From Deltaproteobacteria bacterium (GTDB lineage: Bacteria > Myxococcota_A > Polyangia > Polyangiales > Houyiibacteriaceae), in the NCBI GenBank assembly GCA_034670305.1, contig JAXMNT010000018.1:73071-137070 (forward strand): a stretch of DNA of 64,000 nucleotides, in the 5' to 3' direction. Shown piece after piece: positions 18,510-28,556 of this stretch. The notes beneath the pieces were generated by a model that saw only the letters and a list, made by a program, of their open reading frames with translations, was not told where the DNA came from and did not search any database. Within the stretch, counting starts at the first letter, position 1; each line of letters begins with the position of its first letter. The position numbers and the translations under genes were made by a program.

Positions 18510-20054
18510 ATGGACATGACCCCACTCGCCCAGCTCTTCTCTCACCTCGTCGTGGGGCCCGCGCTCGGTTCGGGCGGGGCTTCGCCGATCCGGTTCTTTC
18601 CGCTCGTCTCGGCCGGTGCATCGGCGCGCACGCCGGTCGCGCTCACGTTCTCGGAAGCGGTCGCACGAGGGGCCACGGCGCGCGAACTCGCGGACAATCC
18701 GAAGGTTGGGTTCATCGCGCTTCACAATCCGCTGCCGGTGCCGGTCGTCCTCTTCCAGGGCGACCTGGTGGTGGGGTGCAAGCAGGATCGCATTGCGGTC
18801 CACACCGTGGTGGTGCCTCCGAACGGCACCCTGGAGGTCGAGGTGTGCTGCGTGGAAGCCGGGCGCTGGCAGGACGAGCGTCGCGACGAACGCTTCGACG
18901 TGAGCGACTTCTCCGCGCCGGGTTCGATGCTCCGCACGATGAAGACCCATGTACGTGCGAAGGAGCCGGGCGCTCGACAGCAGCGCGTCTGGAAAGACGT
19001 CGCGGAGATCGTCTCGGAGACCCGGACCCGTACGTCGACCGGGACCCTCACCTCGTCGTTCGAGCTGCTCGGCGTCCCGATCGAAACGCTTCTCGAAGGC
19101 GTGGAGCCAGTGGTCGACCAGGTCGGGGTGGTCGTCGCGATCGGCGACCGCATCGAACACATCGTCGTCGTCGATGCCCCAGCGACCTACGCGCACTTGC
19201 ACCGACGGCTCGCACGCGGTCACGCGCTCGACGTGCTTCGTCGTCCCCAACGTCCATGCAGTGTCACCGCGCCCGAGGTCACCGAAGTCCTCGCCTGTGC
19301 CGGCGCCTCGCCGATGTCGGTCGATCAGGACCAGTCCCGTCTGCGCACCGACGACCCGCTGCCATCTCACGGCAAAGACTCTCGGCGGATCCGCTTCGAA
19401 GGCGACGCGACCACGCACGCGGGCACGTTCGTACACGTCAGTCTGCACACGCCCACCCGCGAGAGCCTCTCCGAGCGTGGCTTCCGAGTGCGCACGTCGA
19501 TGACCGATCCAATCGGCGTCGGCTGGATCGACCTCGCTGGGCTCATCGGTTCGCAGTCCGAACGCAAAGGCCGCCTCGGCCTCACCTTTGCGCCGGGCAA
19601 ACGCGCGTCGAGCCTGTCTGGAACCAGTTGGGTCCGTGACCTCGAGCTCGACCTTCTCCGACTGCGCCACGCCCACCACGTCGAACACCTGGTGTGCCTC
19701 GTGACCGACCGAGAGCTGCGCGCGCTGCACATGGGCGGCTACATCGAAGCCGTCCGCCGCCACGGCGTGACACTGCACCGGCTCCCGATCGTCGATGGCC
19801 GCGTTCCGTGCAACCTCGATGCGTTGCGTGCCGTGCTCACAGAGCTCGCCGACATACTCCGCGCGGGTGGGACCGTGGTCGCGCACTGTCGGGGAGGCCT
19901 CGGTCGTGCTGGCACCTTCGGCGCGTGCCTCGCGATGCAACTCGGCGCGAGTGGACCCGAAGCGCTCGACCTTGTGCGTGCGGCCCGCGGCCACAACTGC
20001 CCCGAGAACGAAACGCAGCGCCGGTTCGTACTCGACTTCGCCACCGCGGCGTGA
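18510..20054 (+). CDS. ARPP-1 (DUF6569-like) domain fused to a CDKN3-like CX5R phosphatase
   Basis: N-terminal LHNP...GDLVVGCKQDR...VCCVEAGRW; C-terminal RLGLTFAPGK, WVRDLELDL, PIVDGRVP, HCRGGLGRAG. Confidence 0.8.
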   Translation: MDMTPLAQLFSHLVVGPALGSGGASPIRFFPLVSAGASARTPVALTFSEAVARGATARELADNPKVGFIALHNPLPVPVVLFQGDLVVGCKQDRIAVHTVVVPPNGTLEVEVCCVEAGRWQDERRDERFDVSDFSAPGSMLRTMKTHVRAKEPGARQQRVWKDVAEIVSETRTRTSTGTLTSSFELLGVPIETLLEGVEPVVDQVGVVVAIGDRIEHIVVVDAPATYAHLHRRLARGHALDVLRRPQRPCSVTAPEVTEVLACAGASPMSVDQDQSRLRTDDPLPSHGKDSRRIRFEGDATTHAGTFVHVSLHTPTRESLSERGFRVRTSMTDPIGVGWIDLAGLIGSQSERKGRLGLTFAPGKRASSLSGTSWVRDLELDLLRLRHAHHVEHLVCLVTDRELRALHMGGYIEAVRRHGVTLHRLPIVDGRVPCNLDALRAVLTELADILRAGGTVVAHCRGGLGRAGTFGACLAMQLGASGPEALDLVRAARGHNCPENETQRRFVLDFATAA

Positions 20055-20296
20055 CCGGGACGCTCGGCCACTTTCGCAGCGCGAGTTGTCAGAAAGAAGT
20101 GGCCGCAGACGTCTACCCAACATGGACGCCGCACCCCTTCCGCCTGCCGACGAACCTCCCGTCTGCGTACAACCCCACACCGACCGCGACGACGAGGACC
20201 GCCGCAGACCCGGTCGTTGCCGAGACTGCGACGCCCCCGCGATTCCGGGCGACTGGCGCTGCTACTCCTGCGCCGGCGACTGAGACGGCTGAGTTG

Positions 20297-21139
20297 TCAC
20301 CGGCCACCCAGTCGAAGCCGCATCAGTTGTCCACGATCGAAGCAGAGCAGTGAGCCGTCCTTGTCGAATAGGATCGGGGAACCGTCCCCATTCGTCTCCC
20401 AGGTGCCCAGAACTGAACCATCGAGAGCGGATCGAAACTGAATCTGTCGTTCACACTCGAGCGCGAAGACTTCGCCGGTCTGGTTCACCGCGAATGCGCG
20501 GACCGGAGTTTCGGCAATGTGATGGCGACGGATGCGGCGACCGCCGACCCACACGTTCAGCCACCCGTTTCGTTCGAGCGTGAAGGTCTCGTCGGAATTC
20601 GGGGGCGCGACGACTGTATCCACCGTGCTCGAGTGACCTGAAGCGAAAGGCGCGACCGCTCCGGTCGCCAGGTCTACGCCAAACACGGTCTCGTGCGTCC
20701 CCCCGACCAGCACCCTTCCTCCATCCTGCGCAAGCGCGCCCGACCACTGAGTGTCCATGGTGGTTCCACACAACTGGGTGAGCTCGAAGCTGGGAAGTTC
20801 GATACGGAAGATGCCGTGATATCGCGTGACGACGAGGACGGCGCCTGGAATAGCGACCAGACTCTCTGGACCCGCCCCCTCGTGGACTGGGACACCCTGG
20901 TCACGCGGACCCGGCACGTCGATGACTCCACGGTACTCTCCCATCTCGTCCCAAATCTCCACCTTGCCGTCCCATTTTCCAATAGCGACGAAGCCACTCG
21001 TAGAGACGACCAGGGCCGTCGGGCCCTCGGGACACGACAGCCGGCACTCGGCCCACGTCGCCGAGTCTCCATCGACGGGCCATCGAATGACCGAATCGTC
21101 GAATCCAGCCGATACGAACTCGCTCCTGCCCTCCGACAA
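20297..21139 (-). CDS. WD40-repeat beta-propeller, probably 5'-truncated
   Basis: VSAGFDDSVIRW, GKWDGKVEIWD, GHSSTVDTV; the frame continues upstream to a stop near 21245 with no good start. Confidence 0.65.
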   Translation of the reverse strand: MSEGRSEFVSAGFDDSVIRWPVDGDSATWAECRLSCPEGPTALVVSTSGFVAIGKWDGKVEIWDEMGEYRGVIDVPGPRDQGVPVHEGAGPESLVAIPGAVLVVTRYHGIFRIELPSFELTQLCGTTMDTQWSGALAQDGGRVLVGGTHETVFGVDLATGAVAPFASGHSSTVDTVVAPPNSDETFTLERNGWLNVWVGGRRIRRHHIAETPVRAFAVNQTGEVFALECERQIQFRSALDGSVLGTWETNGDGSPILFDKDGSLLCFDRGQLMRLRLGGR

Positions 21140-21332
21140 TGCGAGCGCGACCGGTCGAGCGTGTGCAACGTCTTTGTCTGAGCGCGCGAGTACGTCGGAG
21201 ACCGACCATCTCTCAACCTGCCCACCGAGGCCCCCCAGTGGGAGCTACGAGCCGACCGCTGTTGCAGTAGTCGGGGAAGATAGCCGCGGTCAGCCCCTCG
21301 GCTGTCCAGTATACGGATCCACCCCAACCCCA

Positions 21333-24300
21333 GTGCGGGTCGAGGTTCCGACGTTCGGGTTCCGTGCCAGCGTCGAGGTGTCACCCGGTCACATCAGTGA
21401 CGTCCTGCTCCCAGTGCTTACTGCACACCCTCCGACCGGCGAAGTCGCTGACCACTCGATTCGCATCACGGCGCCCGTTTCGGTCTGTGTGTACGGAATG
21501 GTGCACGCCCCAGAGGTTACCGATGCCTTCCTGGCGCTTCCCACTGCTGGCCTAGGCACCGAGTACGTGGTGCCGAGCTATGGGGGACACATCGCCTTCG
21601 GTCGTTCAGACGCGAACCTGACGGTCACGGCAGCAGAGGATGGAACGACCGTCACCATCGTTCCGTCGGCCGACGTGGATGGCGGGCCGGACACGCCCAA
21701 CACGATTGAGCGCGCCGGCGACCCCCTCACGTTCTCGTTGGACCGAGGAGAGATGATTCACCTGCGGGCGCGCCTGACCGGCGCCACCGGTTCTCTCGCA
21801 GAGCACGATCTCACTGGCAGCCTCATCACCAGCAACAAGCCTGTGGCTGTCTTGAGCGGACACGACTGTGCCGAGGTTCCGAACAACACGCAGGCGTGCG
21901 ACTACCTTGTGGAGCAGATCCCCTCGACCGACGCGCTGGGAGACGACTTCTTGGTGGCGCCCCTCGCCACGCGTGAGGGGTACGAACTGCGCGTTGTGGC
22001 CGCACACGATTCGACGGACGTCTCAATCGATGGCGCCGTGGTCGCCACACTCGACACCGGAGAGTTCCATTCCATTCTGGTCGAAGTGGAGGGAACCGCG
22101 CTTCATGTAGAGACCAGCGAACCCGCACTCCTCGTCCAGTACTCCCTCGGGCGCCAACACGACAATCGCGACGGCGACCCCTTCATGATGTTGGTGGTCC
22201 CGACGAGCCAGTTCGACGACAACGTCCTGGCGGCGACGGTCCCTTCCGAGGTGATCGTGTTCGACAACTACCTCACCGTGGTCATCGAGGCGACCGAGGC
22301 GGGTGGCATGCGGGTTGATGGGTCACCGATCGCCGAGCCATTCACCCCCATCGGTTCGACGGGCTACGCCTACGCGCACGTCGCGGTCGCGGACGGCAGC
22401 CATCGTCTCGAGCACCTCGGGTACGGCGTCACCTTCGGCGCGTACGCGTACGGGTTCGGGAACTTCGACAGCTACGGCTACCCCGCGACGATGCGGCTTT
22501 CAGCCCTCGCTGAACCCTGTGTTCCCAGCACGACTGTCCCTGGTGACGGAATCGACAACGACTGCGACGGCCTCTACGACGAGGAAGACGACAACGGCGT
22601 GGACGATGACGGGGACGGGGCGGACGATGAAGACCTTTCGTTCGAAGCCTCTGCCACCAACTCCACCCCGCATGCTTACGACGGTTCCCTGTCGACCCGG
22701 GAAGACACCGCCATCTCGTTCGTGCTCACGGGCTTTGACCCTGATGGGGACCCGTTGAGCTACGCGATCGCAAGCTCACCGTCGAACGGCACCCTCACGG
22801 GGACACCGTCCACGCTGGCCTACACACCCGCTCTTGACTACACGGGGACCGACTCCTTCACGTTCACCGTGAGCGACGGATCTCAAGTCTCCGCCGCGGC
22901 CACCTTCACCATCGTCGTGGTCCACGAGAACGACGGGCCGGTCATCAGCGGCGACGTGATCAACGGCGTCGAGAACGAGGTCATCCAGGTTCAACTGGTC
23001 GCGACCGACGACGACCCGGCATGCACTCTGACCTGGGCGCTCACGAGTGGTTTTCCTGGCATGCAGCTGGATCCGACTGGCGAGTTCTTCTGGCTCCCCG
23101 AAGACGGCGGCTCCTACCCAATCGAAGTCCGCACCACCGACTGCGACGGCGCGACCGATACCCGCCCACTGACGGTCATCGTAGACGAGGTCTCCGAGCC
23201 ACCGATCATCGTGTCCACGCCAGTTCGACGCGCGAGCTACGCGTACCCCTACCAGTACGATGTCGATGCAATCGACAACGACACACTCGACCTCGCAGCC
23301 ATCGTCGATCGGTACGAGCTCCGGGTGAGTCCCGCTGCCATGACGATCGTCGCGGCGACAGGTGTGATCGACTGGACGCCTGGCCTCGGCGACGTGGGCG
23401 TGCACCAGGTCGAGGTCGTCGCGATCGACGGCGAAGGACTCGAGAGCGAGCCGCAGCGGTTCTCGATCACGGTCGAGGGCGACGATACACCGCCACTCGT
23501 GACCATCTCAGCAACACCGTTCAGCGTCCTGCCAGGCGAAGACGTTCTCATCCGCGTGGTCGCGTCGGACGACGACGACGTGCTCGTCGACCATGTAGAA
23601 GTCGATGGCACGATTCTCACCCTGGACGGCAGCGGTGAAGCCATCTGGACCGCTACCACCGTCGGTGTGAAGGTCGCGTTGGCCGAAGCCGTTGACCCGT
23701 CTGGGAACCGGAGCACCGCGCAGACGAATGTCCGCGTGCTCGACGCCAGCGACGACACCCTGCCGGTCGTCACGCTCACCGCACCCACGTACGACGACGA
23801 GCTCCTCTACCTGCACGACGTGGTTGGCAGCGTCGCCGACGACAACCTCTACCGATGGAGCGTCGACCTGCGCCCCACCGACCACGGCGCATGGCGAACC
23901 TTGCTCCAAGGTGGGGAGAACGTGTCCGGCACGCTTGGACAGGTCGATGCAACGTTGCTCGAGAACGGCCGCTACTACCTCCGGCTCCGAGGCGAAGACG
24001 TCAACGGCAACCTTGCAGAGGAGACGGTCGGCGTTCGAGTCACGGGCGAAGCGAAACTCGGACTCGTCCAGATGAGCTTCGTGGACCTCGCACTCGACGA
24101 CATCGGCATCCCACTGGCCTTGGTTCGCAGCTACGACAGTCGTCGGGCGAGCGAGAAGGGTGACTTCGGTTACGGCTGGGAGCTCGGACTTCGCACCGGA
24201 CGAGTTCAGCACAACCGCCTGATCGGCGAAGACATCGTCATCGACCCAGGCGCGGGCACGTTTGCAGAACCCTTCCCCTGCGTCCGCTGGGAAGAGCAAG

Positions 24301-27300
24301 AGTTCCACTTCACGGAGGTCCGGCTCAGCGACGGCGAGTACTACGTCTTCCGACCGGTCTTGGTGGACCTTCAACCCCTTAGCGGCTCGTGCTCCGCGGA
24401 CGTCCAGTATGAGTTCGTGGACGGGACCAACCCCGGAGCGGTGCTGGGCATCGTCGGCAACACCACGGTCCGCGCCCGCGCCATCGGCCGGATTCGCGCT
24501 TCCACGTTCAATACACGTGGCCTGTTGACAGACATCGCCACCGGTGACGTCTACAACCCAGACCACTTCCGACTCACCCTGCTCGATGGCCGGCGAATCG
24601 ATCTGACCACCCAGGACGGGGTCATCCGCTTCGAGGACCGCAACGGAAACTCACTCTCGTTCACGGACGGCGCAGTGATTCATTCAAGCGGACGGGCGCT
24701 GGAGATCGTGCGTGACCGAGAAGGCCGCATCGACCGCGTCCGAGACCACGCAGGCCGCGAGATCCGGTACCAGTACGACAGCGCGGGCGATCTCGTCGGG
24801 GTCACCAATCCACTCGAACAAACAACCTCGTTCGAGTACCGAGTCCCCACCCATCCACATCACTTGACCGACCTCGTGGATCACCGCGGCGTCCGGATCG
24901 CGGCGATGACCTACACCGGTGACGGTCGACTCGACGAGCTCTGCGACGCGGACGGAGTCTGCTTCGACAACGACTACGATCTCGTTGGGCACGAGCTGAC
25001 CCGATACGACGGCCTCGGCCGCCCCACCCGCCACATCTACACCGACCGCGGCGAGGTCTCGAATGTCATCGACGGCCTCGGCAACGTCACCCAGCTCAAC
25101 TACGATATCGAGATCCCCGGTCGGGTGGTAAGCCAGATCGATGCTGAGGGGAACATCACCCGCTATGAGTACACCGATCATCGCGGCAACCTCACCGCCA
25201 GGGTCGACCCCCACGACGTGAGCACCGACCCCGCCGACTTCACGACCACGTACACGTACGACGCGAACAACCGGATGACGTCGCTAACCTCGCCCGCTGG
25301 TGGATCCGTCGAGTTCGAGTACGACGCCAACGGCAACCAGACGGTGGTCCGCGACGGGGACGGCAACGAGGTTACACGAACGACATACGACGCCAACGGT
25401 CGAGTGCTGACCGAGACCAGCCGCCTGGGCACAATCACCCATGAGCACGGGGACGGTCCCGAACCCATGCGTACAACGGACCCAGACGGAACAACGTGGG
25501 ACATGATCTACGGTGCAGACGGGCAACTCTCCGCGCTGTACAGAGACGGTGTACTGTTCTCAGCAAGTTCGTTCGATTCGCTGGGCCGTGCCGTCCATCA
25601 TGACTTCGGTGGCGGTAGGGAGGGCACGTTCCAGTATGACGGGGCAGGTGAGTTCTGGACTCGCGTAGCAGGAGCAGACGGAGTTACTGAACGAAGAGTC
25701 TCTGGCGGAGCGCGGCTCCTTGGGTGGAGCCACGAGGGGGAGCAACAAGTCGCCTTCGAGTACGACGCGGTCGGGAACTTCCGCCGCGAGACCGACGCCG
25801 CGGGACGCGTACAGGAACGCACCTACGACGATGCGGGCCGCATGGCCTCGCAGATCGACCACGCCCGAGGCGCCACCACGAGTGTCGTCCGCGACGGCGC
25901 GGGCCGCGTCACCCGCAGCACCAACGCGCTCGGGTTCCACACCGACATGACCTACACCGCTGGCGGCCGCATCGCGACCATGACGGACGCGAACACCAAC
26001 ACCTGGTCGTTCACGTACACGCCCACCTCGACAACCGTGCGTGACCCGCTCCTTCGAGACACGACCACGAACACCAACGCCTACGGCCTCCCACTGTCCA
26101 TCCTGCATCCGGACGGCAGCTCCACGAGCGTCACCCACCTGGCTCCCTCCCGTCTCGAGGACGGCGACGAGTTCGTCACCTCCGAGACCGATGAGATGGG
26201 TCGCGTCCGCTCCTTCGGGTACGACGCGGAGGGCACGCTCGTCTCCGCGACCGACCTGGCCGGCGTCGCGTGGTCCTACGGCTACCCCGAGGACCACGTG
26301 GAGAAGGTGACCAGTCCGCTCGGCCGGGCCTGGCGCATCGAGCGCACGGACGCCGGCGACCCCTCGCGGGTGGTCTACCCGGACACGTCCGAGACCACGA
26401 TGACCTACACGGACTTCAACGAGCTGGACACCATGACCCAGCCAGATGGGAACGTCGTTACGTATGTCTATGACGCAGACCGCCGCGAGACTTCGCGCAG
26501 CACCGCCACCGGCGAGTCGCGGACCATCACCTACGATACGAACGAGGCCGTCGATACGGTGACGAACGCCGCCGGCGCCACCTCGTACACGTACGACGCC
26601 GCCGGCCGTCTCGAGACGCTCACCAGCCCGAGCGGCTCACGCATCCGCTACGAGTACGACGCCGGGGACCGGGTCACGCATGTCCACACGCGGCCGAGCG
26701 GCACCGCGCCGGAGGAGACCACCGCGTACGGCTACGATCCGGTTGGCAACCTGACCTCCATCACCGATCCTCTCGGTGGCGTGACCTCGTACACCTACGA
26801 CGCGGCCAACCGTCCCGCGACCCGCACCTTGCCCAACGGCGTGATCACCACGTGGACCTTCGACCTGCGCGACCGGCTCAGCAGTGTCGTGCACGAAGAC
26901 TCCACCGGCACCGTGCTCGCCAGCGAGACGTACACCCGCACGCTCTCCGGCGAACCCACCCAGATCGACCGCGAAGACGGCACATACGTGGAGTTCACCT
27001 ACGACGGCGCGCTACGGCTCACCTCGGAGACCTACCGCAACGCCAGTGGGACGGTGCTCCGGTCCAAGACGTACACCTACGACCAGGACGGCAACAGGCT
27101 CACCAAGAATGCGGACAGCTACACCTACGGCGCCGGCTTCCGGCTGGACTCCGCTGGGGCGGACGGCTTCACGCATGACGCGGCCGGGCGGGTGACCCAG
27201 ATCGCGCGCGGCGCCATCAACACCGACCTGACGTATGACAGCTTCGATCACGTCACCCAGGTGGACCAAGGTGGCGCTACGACGGACTATGTGTTCGACG

Positions 27301-28556
27301 GGGAAGGGCGCCGCGTCTCCGTGGATGACGGCACGAGCTCCCGGAACTTCCTGGTCGCCCCCAGCATGGCGCGCAGCTACGAGAGCCCGCACGTGATCAC
27401 GGACGCGGTGACCGGCAACCAGCAGCTCGCCTACGTCTTCGCCGGCGAACACGCCGTCATGCGCTACGGCGCCTCCGGACCCCGCTACTACCTGCGGGAC
27501 GCCATGGGTAGCATCATCGCCTTGACCGACGGCGCCGGCAACCGCGTCGCCCGCATCGAATACGACGCCTTCGGCAACATCGACGCCACCACCGGCGCTG
27601 AAGCCGCCCTCCCCACCGAATCCCTCGGCGACTTCCGCCACCACGGCATGTGGAGAGACCCCACCGGCCTCTACTACGTCCGGGCGAGGACCTACGACCC
27701 GGAGACGGCCCGGTTCACGAGCCGGGACCCTGCGGCGCCAGCGTCGCAGGCGCCGGAGATGTGGAGCCCCTACCAGGCGAACCGCTCCGTACCAACCTTG
27801 TACCGAGACCCATCGGGCCGCGTAAGTCTCATTGAGGTCCAGACGAACTTGCAAGCACGTGCTGCGCTCGCTTCGGCTGCGGTACGAAGTGGTCTGTCGC
27901 GTCTCTTGTTCACCGCTCGTGGTGGCATGGGGAACCTCATTCGATCAAGTATTCGCGATTTCGTTCGCGGCGAGATTATCGACCAGGCCATCGGGCAGGC
28001 CTTTAGCTCGGTAATCCCATCCAACTGGCTTGCCACCGCAGATTTTGGTCGGAAGTTCGAGTCTCTTGTGACCGACGAACTGTGTGAAATGTTCCAGGGG
28101 TTTCCGGGTGGAGTTCGCAACTCACTGTTCCTCGAGCCGCCACTCGATAGCTCGGGCAGACCCGTAGGAAACGGCTATTCGTGCAGCGACACGACTGGCC
28201 AGAACACAACTGTACCCACGACACTCACGAGAGGTCCACGACTTGGACCCACGGGCTCGAAGTTTCCCGATCTACTCTTCTCCCGCGCCCGCCCAACGAA
28301 CCTCCAGCGTGGTCTCAGTGGCAGTCCGAAGTCCTACTTGCTTACGGAGATCAAAGCCCGGCCGGAAACTGCTCTCGGTAAGCCCGCTCAACTACGAACC
28401 TTCGTCCGGCATGCGCGTCGGTTCTCGTACTCACGAATGGTCGTGCTGATTACAGTAAAGGGAGCCAACTTGGCAACGCGACAGAGACTCCGGTCCTATT
28501 CCTTTGGATTCCCGTATGTTCCGATCCACGTTCTCTCGTTTCAGGGGTTTGATTGA
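21333..28556 (+). CDS. Giant Rhs/YD-repeat toxin: IgGFc-binding-like domain, Ig/cadherin-like stalk, Rhs core and PD-(D/E)xK tip
   Basis: TDAFLALP...LGTEY, DGIDNDCDG, Ig-like repeats, many YD repeats, RARTYDPETARFTSRDP...YRDPSG, then GRKFE...PD...EIK...QL; frame open from 20826 but GTG 21333 is the first plausible start. Confidence 0.9.
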   Translation: MRVEVPTFGFRASVEVSPGHISDVLLPVLTAHPPTGEVADHSIRITAPVSVCVYGMVHAPEVTDAFLALPTAGLGTEYVVPSYGGHIAFGRSDANLTVTAAEDGTTVTIVPSADVDGGPDTPNTIERAGDPLTFSLDRGEMIHLRARLTGATGSLAEHDLTGSLITSNKPVAVLSGHDCAEVPNNTQACDYLVEQIPSTDALGDDFLVAPLATREGYELRVVAAHDSTDVSIDGAVVATLDTGEFHSILVEVEGTALHVETSEPALLVQYSLGRQHDNRDGDPFMMLVVPTSQFDDNVLAATVPSEVIVFDNYLTVVIEATEAGGMRVDGSPIAEPFTPIGSTGYAYAHVAVADGSHRLEHLGYGVTFGAYAYGFGNFDSYGYPATMRLSALAEPCVPSTTVPGDGIDNDCDGLYDEEDDNGVDDDGDGADDEDLSFEASATNSTPHAYDGSLSTREDTAISFVLTGFDPDGDPLSYAIASSPSNGTLTGTPSTLAYTPALDYTGTDSFTFTVSDGSQVSAAATFTIVVVHENDGPVISGDVINGVENEVIQVQLVATDDDPACTLTWALTSGFPGMQLDPTGEFFWLPEDGGSYPIEVRTTDCDGATDTRPLTVIVDEVSEPPIIVSTPVRRASYAYPYQYDVDAIDNDTLDLAAIVDRYELRVSPAAMTIVAATGVIDWTPGLGDVGVHQVEVVAIDGEGLESEPQRFSITVEGDDTPPLVTISATPFSVLPGEDVLIRVVASDDDDVLVDHVEVDGTILTLDGSGEAIWTATTVGVKVALAEAVDPSGNRSTAQTNVRVLDASDDTLPVVTLTAPTYDDELLYLHDVVGSVADDNLYRWSVDLRPTDHGAWRTLLQGGENVSGTLGQVDATLLENGRYYLRLRGEDVNGNLAEETVGVRVTGEAKLGLVQMSFVDLALDDIGIPLALVRSYDSRRASEKGDFGYGWELGLRTGRVQHNRLIGEDIVIDPGAGTFAEPFPCVRWEEQEFHFTEVRLSDGEYYVFRPVLVDLQPLSGSCSADVQYEFVDGTNPGAVLGIVGNTTVRARAIGRIRASTFNTRGLLTDIATGDVYNPDHFRLTLLDGRRIDLTTQDGVIRFEDRNGNSLSFTDGAVIHSSGRALEIVRDREGRIDRVRDHAGREIRYQYDSAGDLVGVTNPLEQTTSFEYRVPTHPHHLTDLVDHRGVRIAAMTYTGDGRLDELCDADGVCFDNDYDLVGHELTRYDGLGRPTRHIYTDRGEVSNVIDGLGNVTQLNYDIEIPGRVVSQIDAEGNITRYEYTDHRGNLTARVDPHDVSTDPADFTTTYTYDANNRMTSLTSPAGGSVEFEYDANGNQTVVRDGDGNEVTRTTYDANGRVLTETSRLGTITHEHGDGPEPMRTTDPDGTTWDMIYGADGQLSALYRDGVLFSASSFDSLGRAVHHDFGGGREGTFQYDGAGEFWTRVAGADGVTERRVSGGARLLGWSHEGEQQVAFEYDAVGNFRRETDAAGRVQERTYDDAGRMASQIDHARGATTSVVRDGAGRVTRSTNALGFHTDMTYTAGGRIATMTDANTNTWSFTYTPTSTTVRDPLLRDTTTNTNAYGLPLSILHPDGSSTSVTHLAPSRLEDGDEFVTSETDEMGRVRSFGYDAEGTLVSATDLAGVAWSYGYPEDHVEKVTSPLGRAWRIERTDAGDPSRVVYPDTSETTMTYTDFNELDTMTQPDGNVVTYVYDADRRETSRSTATGESRTITYDTNEAVDTVTNAAGATSYTYDAAGRLETLTSPSGSRIRYEYDAGDRVTHVHTRPSGTAPEETTAYGYDPVGNLTSITDPLGGVTSYTYDAANRPATRTLPNGVITTWTFDLRDRLSSVVHEDSTGTVLASETYTRTLSGEPTQIDREDGTYVEFTYDGALRLTSETYRNASGTVLRSKTYTYDQDGNRLTKNADSYTYGAGFRLDSAGADGFTHDAAGRVTQIARGAINTDLTYDSFDHVTQVDQGGATTDYVFDGEGRRVSVDDGTSSRNFLVAPSMARSYESPHVITDAVTGNQQLAYVFAGEHAVMRYGASGPRYYLRDAMGSIIALTDGAGNRVARIEYDAFGNIDATTGAEAALPTESLGDFRHHGMWRDPTGLYYVRARTYDPETARFTSRDPAAPASQAPEMWSPYQANRSVPTLYRDPSGRVSLIEVQTNLQARAALASAAVRSGLSRLLFTARGGMGNLIRSSIRDFVRGEIIDQAIGQAFSSVIPSNWLATADFGRKFESLVTDELCEMFQGFPGGVRNSLFLEPPLDSSGRPVGNGYSCSDTTGQNTTVPTTLTRGPRLGPTGSKFPDLLFSRARPTNLQRGLSGSPKSYLLTEIKARPETALGKPAQLRTFVRHARRFSYSRMVVLITVKGANLATRQRLRSYSFGFPYVPIHVLSFQGFD

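Noticed and set aside
20826-21332. N-terminal 169 aa of the 2576-aa Rhs ORF
   Set aside because: Ser/Pro/Thr-rich, largely antisense to the WD40 gene and without a signal peptide; probably not translated
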